Assembly: GCA_964607465.1 (NCBI GenBank)
Contig: CAZSKS010000002.1
Span: 31,657-90,943, forward strand
Origin: an uncultured Gemmatimonadota bacterium
GTDB lineage: Bacteria; Gemmatimonadota; Gemmatimonadetes; Palauibacterales; Palauibacteraceae
Reading direction: 5' to 3'
DNA: 59,287 nt
Below the pieces are notes generated by a model. That model ran no database searches, had not been told where the DNA came from, and was given only the letters and a program-made list of their open reading frames with translations. The position numbers and the translations under genes are program-made. This document shows, in pieces, positions 1 to 7,683 of this stretch (positions are counted from its first letter, which is position 1; every line of letters begins with the position of its first letter).

Positions 1-23
1 CGGCCGCCGGCTGCGGCGCCCGG

Positions 24-485
24 CTAGGACTCCACGTAGTCCGTCAGGTCCAGCACCTCCATGCCGGCGATCCGCCGCAGCCCCGAGTCCCGCGTGAGGT
101 AGAGGTCGGCCCGGGCGTCCAGGGCGGTGGCGATCTGCACCGCCCGCTCGCTGCGGCCTCCCAGGCGGGCGCGGACCTCGGCCGCCTGCCGGGACACCGC
201 CGCGCTCACCGGCACGACCTCCAGGCCCCGAAAGGCGGTGAGGTAGTCGGCGGCCTCCCCCGCCGCCCCATCCTCCCCCCGGCGGTACGCCTCCACCAGG
301 AGCTGATACAGCGACAGGGCGGAGGTCTGGCCGGTGACGTCTCCCTCCCGCAGGCCCTCGAAGAGCTGGCGTGTCAGCTCCACCTGGCCGGGCACCGCCA
401 GCAGGTGGGCGGCCAGGGCCCGGGGGTCGAGGTGGACCCGGCGAGCCTCCTCCAGCCGGTCCCGAAAACGGGCCCGGAGGCTCAC
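24..485 (-). CDS. PIN-domain (VapC-like) toxin, apparently degenerate active site
   Basis: PIN layout (VHLD...A-V-Q-I-A-T-A...YLTRD); GTG start at 485 overlaps the antitoxin stop (GTGA). Confidence 0.8.
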   Translation of the reverse strand: MSLRARFRDRLEEARRVHLDPRALAAHLLAVPGQVELTRQLFEGLREGDVTGQTSALSLYQLLVEAYRRGEDGAAGEAADYLTAFRGLEVVPVSAAVSRQAAEVRARLGGRSERAVQIATALDARADLYLTRDSGLRRIAGMEVLDLTDYVES

Positions 486-718
486 GCCAGCTCCTCCCAC
501 AGCTCCGGCCCGCCGTCCCCGGCCCCTCCGGACGCGCCCGGAGCCAGGATGCCCTCGAGCTTCGCGGCCAGGTCCCTGGGCTCCCGCTCCATCTCCAGGA
601 CCCCGTCGTCCCGGACCGTGACGAGGAGGCGATCCCCCGGCCGCAGCTGCAGGGCCTCGCGGGCCTCCTTGGGGACCACGATCTGGTTCTTGCTGGACAT
701 CTTCACGGAGACGGCCAC
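482..718 (-). CDS. AbrB/MazE/SpoVT-family antitoxin (VapB-like)
   Basis: VKMSSKNQIVVPKEAREALQLRPGDRL is the AbrB signature; coupled upstream of a PIN gene. Confidence 0.9.
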   Translation of the reverse strand: MAVSVKMSSKNQIVVPKEAREALQLRPGDRLLVTVRDDGVLEMEREPRDLAAKLEGILAPGASGGAGDGGPELWEELA

Positions 719-751
719 GGGTCCCTCCCGGCGGAGACGGAAAGCGGGAAG

Positions 752-784
752 GTAAAGCTACCCGGCGGCGATTCGCTTTACAAG
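752..784 (-). promoter_or_regulatory. TA operon promoter with overlapping inverted-repeat operator
   Basis: Minus strand TTGTAA-N17-TAGCTT; inverted repeat GTAAAGC(752-758)...GCTTTAC(775-781) overlaps both elements. Confidence 0.55.
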
Positions 785-794
785 AGCGCTTGCG

Positions 795-1745
795 TCAGGC
801 CAGCACCCACCAGATGAAGCCGACGTACCCCGTCAGGAGGAGCAGGCCCTCCCACCGGTTCACCCGCATGCCCGTGTAGGCCAGGGGGACCAGAGCCAGG
901 CAGAAGAGGAGGGCCGGGATCACCTGGCTGATCACCTGCATCGGCGTCATCTGCAGCGGCTTCAGGAGGGCGGCGGAGCCCAGGACCAGGCCCAGGTTGA
1001 ATACGTTGGACCCGATGACGTTGCCGATGGCGATGTCGCCGAGCTCCCGGAAGGCGGCCGCCGCGGTGGAGGCCAGCTCCGGGAGGGAGGTGCCCACCGC
1101 CACCATCGTGGCGCCTATGACGGCGTCCGGCACCCCGAAGGCCTCGGCCAGCGCCGTCGCCCCCTCCAGCAGGTAGTGGGCGCCCAGGACCAGCCCCGCC
1201 AGCCCCAGCACGGTCAGGGTCGCGTCCACCGCCAGCGGACGCCCCCCCTCGGCCTCCTCCTCGCCCACCGCCGGGAGGGACGCCTCGCCGCGGGCCGACC
1301 AGCGGAAGAGGAACCACAGGTAGACCAGGAAGCCGGTCAGCAGCCCGAGGCCGTCCAGCCGGCCCAGGGCGTTGTTCCAGGAGAGGGCCATCACGATGGT
1401 CAGGATCAGGATCAGGAGGGGGCTCTCCCGCACCAGGAGCCGCCGGTGGACGTCGATGGGCCGGATCAGCGCCCCGACGCCCACGATCAGCCCCACGTTG
1501 GCCACCGTCGAGCCCATGACGTTCCCCACCGCCAGGCCGGGCTCGCTCCGGATGGCCGCGCCGCCGGACACGACCAGCTCGGGGGCGGAGGTCCCGAAGG
1601 CCACCACCGTCAGCCCGATGACCAGCTCGGGGATCCCCAGCTTCTCGGCGATGCGCGAGCCGCCGCGGACCACCCAGTCGGCGCCGAAGACCACCCCCGT
1701 CAGCCCGCCGGCGAAGAGCAGCGAGTTCAGGAGGATGGGGTCCAC
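795..1745 (-). CDS. Calcium/sodium antiporter (CaCA/YrbG family)
   Basis: Two alpha repeats GTSAPEL and GTSLPEL, GNVMGS/GNVIGSN, multiple TM helices. Confidence 0.92.
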   Translation of the reverse strand: MDPILLNSLLFAGGLTGVVFGADWVVRGGSRIAEKLGIPELVIGLTVVAFGTSAPELVVSGGAAIRSEPGLAVGNVMGSTVANVGLIVGVGALIRPIDVHRRLLVRESPLLILILTIVMALSWNNALGRLDGLGLLTGFLVYLWFLFRWSARGEASLPAVGEEEAEGGRPLAVDATLTVLGLAGLVLGAHYLLEGATALAEAFGVPDAVIGATMVAVGTSLPELASTAAAAFRELGDIAIGNVIGSNVFNLGLVLGSAALLKPLQMTPMQVISQVIPALLFCLALVPLAYTGMRVNRWEGLLLLTGYVGFIWWVLA

Positions 1746-1855
1746 GAGCTCATCGCCTCCCGGCGGGAGGAACGCTATCCCCCTGCGACGGCGTCATCCA
1801 CGGCCTCCGGCCCGGTGCCGGAGAGGGGAGAGATTCCCACATCCGTGTGGAAAAC

Positions 1856-2290
1856 TCACCCGTCCTCCCCGTCCTGCGGCGCTTTCTCCGGCGACGACTG
1901 TGGAGAACCCGCGGGTCGGCGCTTCCCGGCCTCGGTGCCGCCCATCTCGATCCGGCCGTCCACGAAGCCGCCCTCCTCCAGCTTCACCCGTCGGCAGCGG
2001 ACGTCTCCCTCGATGCGGGCCGAGGCCTTGAGCTCGATGCGGCTGTCGGCCTGGATGCTCCCCTCGACCCGACCGGCCACGACGGCGTCCTGGGTGTGGA
2101 TGTCGCCGACCACCTCGCCGTCTTCCCCGATGACGACCGCCTTCCCCGAGCGTATGGTCCCCTCCACCTTGCCCTCGATCCGGAGCGTCCCCTCGGTGTC
2201 GCAATCGCCGGTGATGGTCATGCCCGGCCCCACGATGGAGACCACGTCCTCGGCCTCGCGGCCCTTCTTCTTGTCGTCCTTCCCGATCAC
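1856..2290 (-). CDS. Bactofilin (polymer-forming cytoskeletal protein)
   Basis: SIVGPGMTITGD...LRIEGKVEG...VVGDI...IEGDV beta-helix repeats; GTG start overlaps the M23 gene stop. Confidence 0.9.
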   Translation of the reverse strand: MIGKDDKKKGREAEDVVSIVGPGMTITGDCDTEGTLRIEGKVEGTIRSGKAVVIGEDGEVVGDIHTQDAVVAGRVEGSIQADSRIELKASARIEGDVRCRRVKLEEGGFVDGRIEMGGTEAGKRRPAGSPQSSPEKAPQDGEDG

Positions 2291-3111
2291 GGCGTCACCC
2301 TCCTTGGCTCCTCTCTCGATTCCCGCGTCGCCCCCTGCAGACGCAGAAGCTGCGCCGGGTCCATCGTCTCGCCGCCTCTCCGAACCTCGAAGTGCAGGTG
2401 GGGAGCCGTCGACCGGCCGGTGTTCCCCGACAGGGCGATGACCTCCTGCCGCTCCACGGTATCCCCCTCGGCGACGAACAGCCACTCGTTGTGCCCGTAG
2501 AGGGTGGAGATCCCCTCCGGGTGGTGGAGCTCGACGAAACGGCCGTAGATGCTGTCCCGCCCGGCGGACGCGACGATCCCCCGTCGGGCCGCCCGGACGT
2601 AGGAGCCGGTGGGAACGGCGACGTCCATGCCGGGATGCCCCGGGGGACCCGCCTCACCGTAGTCCCGCGTCACGAAGCCCCGGTCCGAGAGAGGCCAGCT
2701 CCAGGCCGAATCGACGGGGGAGCCGTCCCCCGCGGCGTCGCCGGCCTCCTCCCCGGCCGCCGGCACGGGAAGCGTGACGTCCCGGCCCGACGCCGCCACC
2801 CTGCCCCCCATCACCTCCCGGATCCGGGCGTAGGAGCTCTCCACGCTGTCCAGGCGCTCGGCCAGCAGCTCCAGGCGCTGCTGCTCCTCGGTCATCCGGG
2901 CCACCCGCTCCTCCAGCTCCCGCACCCTCTGCGACTCCTGGAGGCTGGCCCACCCGAGACCCGCGGCCGTCCCCACCGCCAGCAGCACGAAGACGGCCGC
3001 CGCCAGGACGAGGGGACCCGTCCGGGGACCCAGGTTCCAGGAGAAGGCCCGCACGCCGCCGTCCCGCAGAAGCAGGAAGGTCCACCTGCCCTCGCCGGGC
3101 TCCCGGTTCAC
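2287..3111 (-). CDS. M23 family metallopeptidase with TM anchor and coiled coil
   Basis: HPGMD (HxxxD), YGH, GNTGRSTAPHLHFEV motifs. Confidence 0.92.
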   Translation of the reverse strand: MNREPGEGRWTFLLLRDGGVRAFSWNLGPRTGPLVLAAAVFVLLAVGTAAGLGWASLQESQRVRELEERVARMTEEQQRLELLAERLDSVESSYARIREVMGGRVAASGRDVTLPVPAAGEEAGDAAGDGSPVDSAWSWPLSDRGFVTRDYGEAGPPGHPGMDVAVPTGSYVRAARRGIVASAGRDSIYGRFVELHHPEGISTLYGHNEWLFVAEGDTVERQEVIALSGNTGRSTAPHLHFEVRRGGETMDPAQLLRLQGATRESREEPRRVTP

Positions 3112-3123
3112 CGCCGTGGCCCG

Positions 3124-4026
3124 TCAGTCGAAGAGGGAGTCGCCGTCGTCGCCCGCCAGGAGCCCGCACAGCCGCCGGAACTCCTCGCTGTCGTGGAAGG
3201 CGACGCCGATCTCCCCGGCCTCGGCTCCCTTCAGGCTCACCTTCACCTCGGTGCCCAGGGCCCGCTCCAGCACCTGCTCGGCCCGCCGCGCCACCGGGTC
3301 CCGGCGCTCGGTACGTTGTTCCGTCCCCTCCCCGGCGCCGGTTCCTCCGTCCCTGCCTCCCTCTTCCTTGAGCCGTCGCACCCGCCGCTCGGTGGCCCGG
3401 ACCGACAGGCCGCGCTCCACGACCTCCTCGGCCAGCTCCCGCTGCCGGCCGGCGTCCTCGAGCGCCAGGAGGGCCCGGGCGTGGCCCGCGCTCAGCCTCC
3501 CTTCGGCCAGCAGCTCCCGGGCCCGACCCTCCAGCTTCAACAGCCGCACGGTGTTGGCCACCGTGGATCGGTCGCGGCCCACCCGCTCCGCGACGTCCTT
3601 CTGGGTGAGGCCGAAGCCCTCCATCAGGCGCTCGTAGCCCAGCGCCTCCTCCAGGGGCGAGAGGTTCTCGCGCTGGAGGTTCTCCACCAGGGCGAGCACC
3701 AGCATCTTCTCGTCGTCCAGCTCGCGGACGATGGCCGGGGCCCGGTCCCACCCCAGCTTCCGGAGGGCTCGCCATCGGCGCTCCCCGGCCACCAGCTGCC
3801 ACCCGTCGTCGGCGGGGCGGACGACCAGGGGCTGGAGCAGCCCGTTCTCCCGGATGGACTCCACCAGCTCGCCCAGGGCCTCGGGCTCGAAGTCGGATCG
3901 GGGCTGGAACGGGTTGGGGTGGATCCGCTCGACCTCGACCTGGCGCTCGGCGCCGGCGTCGTCGTCCAGGTTCTCCCCCAGCAGGGCCCCGAGGCCCTTC
4001 CCGAGGCGGGAGTCCTTCCTAGCCAA
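3124..4026 (-). CDS. parB: Chromosome partitioning protein ParB
   Basis: LGKGLGALL, NPFQPR, AGERRWRA, ENLQRENL, HTH. Confidence 0.97.
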   Translation of the reverse strand: MARKDSRLGKGLGALLGENLDDDAGAERQVEVERIHPNPFQPRSDFEPEALGELVESIRENGLLQPLVVRPADDGWQLVAGERRWRALRKLGWDRAPAIVRELDDEKMLVLALVENLQRENLSPLEEALGYERLMEGFGLTQKDVAERVGRDRSTVANTVRLLKLEGRARELLAEGRLSAGHARALLALEDAGRQRELAEEVVERGLSVRATERRVRRLKEEGGRDGGTGAGEGTEQRTERRDPVARRAEQVLERALGTEVKVSLKGAEAGEIGVAFHDSEEFRRLCGLLAGDDGDSLFD

Positions 4027-4804
4027 CTTTCTGCTTCCTTTCGTCCAGGCGGATCATCTCGCGGGCCAGGCTCAGGTAGCCCCGCGCCCCGCTGGAGAGG
4101 ACGTCGTAGAGGGCGATGGGCTTGCCGAAGCTCGGGGCCTCGGCCAGCCGGATGTTCCTGGGAATGACCGTCTCGAAGACCTTGGAGCCGAAGTACTCGC
4201 GGGCCTCCTCGGCCACCTGCTTCGAGAGGTTCAGGCGGGAGTCGAACATGGTGAGGAGGACACCCTCTATCTCCAACTCTGTATTGATGTTACGCTGAAC
4301 GAGACGCACGGTGTTGAGGAGCTGGCTGAGGCCCTCCAGGGCGTAGAACTCACACTGGATCGGGATCAGCACGGTGTCGGCCGCCGCCAGGGTGTTCAGG
4401 GTGAGGAGGCCGAGGGAGGGGGGCGAGTCGATGAGCACGTACTCGTACTCGTCCCGCACCGGCTCCAGCGCTCCCCGCAGCACCTTCTGGCGGTCCGGCC
4501 GGTCGATGAGCTCCACCTCCGCGCCGGCCAGGTCACGGCTGGCGGGGATCACGTCCAGGAAGGGGAAGTGCACCTCCCGTCGGATCGTCTCCTCGACGCC
4601 CACGCCGTCCACCAGGCAGTCGTAGATCGAGGGCTCCCCCACGTCCTTCCGGATGCCGAAGCCGGAGGTCGCGTTGCCCTGGGGGTCGCAGTCCACCACC
4701 AGCGTCTTCTTCTCGGCCACGGCCAGGGAGCCGCCGAGGTTGATCGCGGTGGTGGTCTTGCCGACCCCACCCTTCTGGTTCGCGATGGAGATGACTCGTC
4801 CCAT
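4019..4804 (-). CDS. parA: Chromosome partitioning ATPase ParA/Soj
   Basis: ANQKGGVGKTTT deviant Walker A, DPQGN, LAEAPSFGKP; ATG at 4804. Confidence 0.97.
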   Translation of the reverse strand: MGRVISIANQKGGVGKTTTAINLGGSLAVAEKKTLVVDCDPQGNATSGFGIRKDVGEPSIYDCLVDGVGVEETIRREVHFPFLDVIPASRDLAGAEVELIDRPDRQKVLRGALEPVRDEYEYVLIDSPPSLGLLTLNTLAAADTVLIPIQCEFYALEGLSQLLNTVRLVQRNINTELEIEGVLLTMFDSRLNLSKQVAEEAREYFGSKVFETVIPRNIRLAEAPSFGKPIALYDVLSSGARGYLSLAREMIRLDERKQKVG

Positions 4805-5038
4805 GCTCCCGATCCGTGCGGTGGAGAAGCAGGCGCCGGGCACGCCGGGAGGTGGGCCCGGCCCGGGGCGGGCCCGGCGAGCGCGTAGCCCCGGGCCGTT
4901 CCGAAGGCAGCCCGCGCGCTCGCGCTCCCCGGGCGACGCCCGCTCCGTCGTTCGGCGGGGCCGAATATACGAGCCGCGCCGGACCGCCGCCAAGCGCCGG
5001 TCGCCCCTGTCGTACCCCTCGACCGGTCCCCGGACGAG

Positions 5039-5071
5039 CGTTTCACGGGAAACATTACGGTGAAACAACCC
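5039..5071. repeat. 33-bp direct repeat copy 1 containing a parS-like site
   Basis: CGTTTCACGGGAAACATTACGGTGAAACAACCC; first 16 bp resemble parS consensus TGTTTCACGTGAAACA. Confidence 0.85.
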
Positions 5072-5250
5072 CGTGATTCCGGGCCGGAACGGGGACCGGC
5101 CCTCACATCGACCCGGCGACGGTGGGTGCGCAGAGCCCGTTTGCCGTGCCACGTTCAGGGGTGGAGCCGAGCGCCGGCCGGATGGGCGCGCCGACGGCGG
5201 GACGGAACCGCGAGGGGGGCACCCCTTGCGGGGCGACGCGGCGGCGGGGA

Positions 5251-5283
5251 CGTTTCACGGGAAACATTACGGTGAAACAACCC
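5251..5283. repeat. 33-bp direct repeat copy 2 containing a parS-like site
   Basis: Identical to 5039-5071; abuts the GGAGG RBS of the next gene. Confidence 0.85.
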
Positions 5284-5298
5284 GGAGGTGTACGCACG

Positions 5299-5652
5299 AT
5301 GGAGCCGAACGGGGGAGACGATCCGCCCCACAGCCGGGATTTCGAGCGTGGCTTCCTCCTGGGCGTCCTGATCGGCGAGGGACACTTCGGGGGGGACGGG
5401 CGCCAGCCGCAGATCACCCTGCGTATGCATACGGACCACGAGTCCCTCTTCCGGTGGATCGAGGACCGCTTTCCGGGGGGCAAGCTGTACGGCCCCTACC
5501 ACCACAGCGGCCGCAGCTACTTCCAGTGGATGGCCCGGGGACGCTTCCTGCGGGAGGAGATGATCCCCCTCCTGGACGAGCACCTCACCGAGGAGCTGGA
5601 CGCCCGGCAGTACCGGAGGTACCGGGAGATGAAGGAGAGCTACGATCTCTGA
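5299..5652 (+). CDS. Small single-motif LAGLIDADG-like protein (117 aa)
   Basis: GGAGG at 5284-5288, ATG 5299; GFLLGVLIGEGHF resembles the LAGLIDADG helix, followed by QITLRM, GGKLY and YFQWMARG beta elements. Confidence 0.7.
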   Translation: MEPNGGDDPPHSRDFERGFLLGVLIGEGHFGGDGRQPQITLRMHTDHESLFRWIEDRFPGGKLYGPYHHSGRSYFQWMARGRFLREEMIPLLDEHLTEELDARQYRRYREMKESYDL

Positions 5653-5844
5653 GCCCCCGGGGCGGACGGCCCCGGCGGCCGGCCCGCCGGTCTGCCTCGT
5701 CTCCGCGGGGCGACCGGCACGCGCCTTGCGCCGGTCCTCCACCCGGAGTCGGCGCCGTGCTCTGCGCGCGGACCGCCTCCTTTCTCGGAACCCCCGATCC
5801 CGAACCGAACAGCCCGGGTCGACACGCTGTCTCCCCGAATCACC

Positions 5845-6132
5845 ATGACGGAACAGGAAGACCTCGAGCGCAGGGGCTACGAGGTCCACGGCCGGGTGCA
5901 GGGCGTGGGTTTTCGCTGGTCCACGACCCGCACCGCGCGGGAGCTCGGTGTCTCGGGAACCGTCCGGAACCGGAGCGACGGGGCCGTGGAAGTGCACGCG
6001 GAAGGCCCTCCCGAGGCGATGCGGGAGCTGGAGGAGTGGCTCCAGGAAGGACCGCGGGCCGCCCGGGTGCAGCGCGTGAAGGAGATCCCCCCGGAGGACG
6101 ATCTCCCCTCCCGCTTCGAGATCCTTCGGTGA
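5845..6132 (+). CDS. acyP: Acylphosphatase
   Basis: VHGRVQGVGFR and GTVRNRSDGAVEV signatures. Confidence 0.95.
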   Translation: MTEQEDLERRGYEVHGRVQGVGFRWSTTRTARELGVSGTVRNRSDGAVEVHAEGPPEAMRELEEWLQEGPRAARVQRVKEIPPEDDLPSRFEILR

Positions 6133-6260
6133 CCGGCGCCACCCGCCGGCCTCGATCCCGGGGCAGCCGACCGCCGCTGCAGGGAGCGCCGTGACCGGCA
6201 CAACCGGTCTCGCCCGGGGTAACGACGCCAACCCTTTTCCCACGGAGGACTCTTCCCTCG

Positions 6261-7058
6261 ATGATTGAACTCCCCGACGTCGAACGCATGATCGATGGCT
6301 TCGCCGGCTACGCCACCGGCAAGACCATCTCCGAGGTCCTCATCGACGACCAGGAGGCCGTCGACGTGGATCCCGACCGGGCCTCCGATAGCCTCGAGGA
6401 CCACTCCATCGAGGCCGTCGAGCGGCAGGGGCGGTACATCGTCCTGCGGTTCAGCTCGGACCACAGCCTGATCTTCCACATGGGCGACCAGGGGGAGATC
6501 TACCTGGAGTCCCAGACGGCCCCGCCCCGGGAGCACTCGAAGATCCGCCTCCAGTTCGCCGCGGGGCGGGAGCTGCGCTATACCTCCCCGGGCACCAAGG
6601 GCGAGGTGCACCTGGTCGAGGGAGACGACTTCACCGGCCTCGACACCCTCGAGAACCTCGGGATCGACCCGCTGAGCGACGACCTCACGGCGGATCGCTT
6701 CGTGGAGCTGGCGGAGGATCATCCCCGCAGCTCCCTCAAGGGGATGTTAATGAACCAGGAGATCGTGGCCGGCATCGGCAACGAGTACGCCGACGAGATC
6801 TGCTTCCAGGCGGGCTATCGGCCGGACACGCGCGTCGGCGACATGTCCGAGCACCAGATCCGACGGGTGCACAGGTACCTGAAGCGGGTCCTCCGCCGGG
6901 CCACCCTCCACTGGGAGGCCGCCCACGCAGACCCCGGGTGGCTCATCAACCACCGGAGGGACGGTGACCCGTGCCCCCGGTGCGGCAACGAGGTGGAGTC
7001 CATGACCCTCATCGGCCGAAAGACCTATATCTGTCCGCGTTGCCAGCGGGCGGCCTGA
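6261..7058 (+). CDS. Fpg/Nei family DNA glycosylase-like protein with atypical N-terminus
   Basis: MIELPDVE start, H2TH AGIGNEYADEI, C-terminal CPRC...CPRC zinc finger. Confidence 0.85.
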   Translation: MIELPDVERMIDGFAGYATGKTISEVLIDDQEAVDVDPDRASDSLEDHSIEAVERQGRYIVLRFSSDHSLIFHMGDQGEIYLESQTAPPREHSKIRLQFAAGRELRYTSPGTKGEVHLVEGDDFTGLDTLENLGIDPLSDDLTADRFVELAEDHPRSSLKGMLMNQEIVAGIGNEYADEICFQAGYRPDTRVGDMSEHQIRRVHRYLKRVLRRATLHWEAAHADPGWLINHRRDGDPCPRCGNEVESMTLIGRKTYICPRCQRAA

Positions 7059-7073
7059 GCCACGGGCTCTCGC

Positions 7074-7565
7074 CTACGGGCGATCTCCCGGTCCATCCCC
7101 GGCCAGGAGCGCCTCCAGCAGCCGGGCGCTCCGGGCCACCGTTTCCACCTCCTCCCGCTCCAGCTTCGAGAGCAGCGCGGCCAGCCGCTCCACCCGCCGG
7201 TCCCTTCCCTCCTCCAGCATCCTGCGGCCCTCCCGGGACGGCTCGAGCCGCACGGCCCGTCCATCCGACGGGTCGGGCCGCCTCGTGACGAGACCCCGCT
7301 CCTCCAGCGCGGCCACCAGCCGGCTCATGGTGGGCACCGCGACCTGCTCGGCCGCCGCCAGCTCGGAGATCGAGCAGGGACCCCCGAACACCAGCACCGA
7401 GAGCGCGGATAGCCTGGCGGGGGTGATGCCCACCCCCGCGTCCTCCGCCCGCAGCCGCCTGAGGAGGTGGATGGCCGCCGCGTGGAGCCGGCTGGCCACC
7501 GCCTCGAGGCTCGTCCCGTCGTCCCCGCCGGTTCCGGGTCGGGAAGAAGAAGTTGCCGTATCCAT
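7074..7565 (-). CDS. MarR family transcriptional regulator
   Basis: ELAAAEQVAVPTMSRLVAALEERGLVTRRPDPSDGR winged HTH. Confidence 0.92.
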   Translation of the reverse strand: MDTATSSSRPGTGGDDGTSLEAVASRLHAAAIHLLRRLRAEDAGVGITPARLSALSVLVFGGPCSISELAAAEQVAVPTMSRLVAALEERGLVTRRPDPSDGRAVRLEPSREGRRMLEEGRDRRVERLAALLSKLEREEVETVARSARLLEALLAGDGPGDRP

Positions 7566-7569
7566 GGGT

Positions 7570-7603
7570 CTTTATTATTTAGTTAGCCTATCTAATTAGT
7601 CAA
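7570..7603 (-). promoter_or_regulatory. marR promoter/operator
   Basis: AT-rich island; TTGACT on minus strand at 7603-7598; imperfect palindrome TAGTTAG-N5-CTAATTA at 7580-7598. Confidence 0.6.
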
Positions 7604-7683
7604 GGCAGCCGCCGGTTCGGCCTCCCGGCAGGGGTCCGGCGGCCCGCGCCCGCGCAGGCGCGCGACCGAGACGGTGCACGAAG

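Noticed and set aside
5039-5283. 33-bp direct repeats as a CRISPR array
   Set aside because: Only two copies, a 179-bp spacer, no cas genes, and the core matches parS.
5299-5652. Intein or group I intron hosting the LAGLIDADG-like ORF
   Set aside because: No interrupted host gene, no splicing-block residues and no evident intron core in the flanks.
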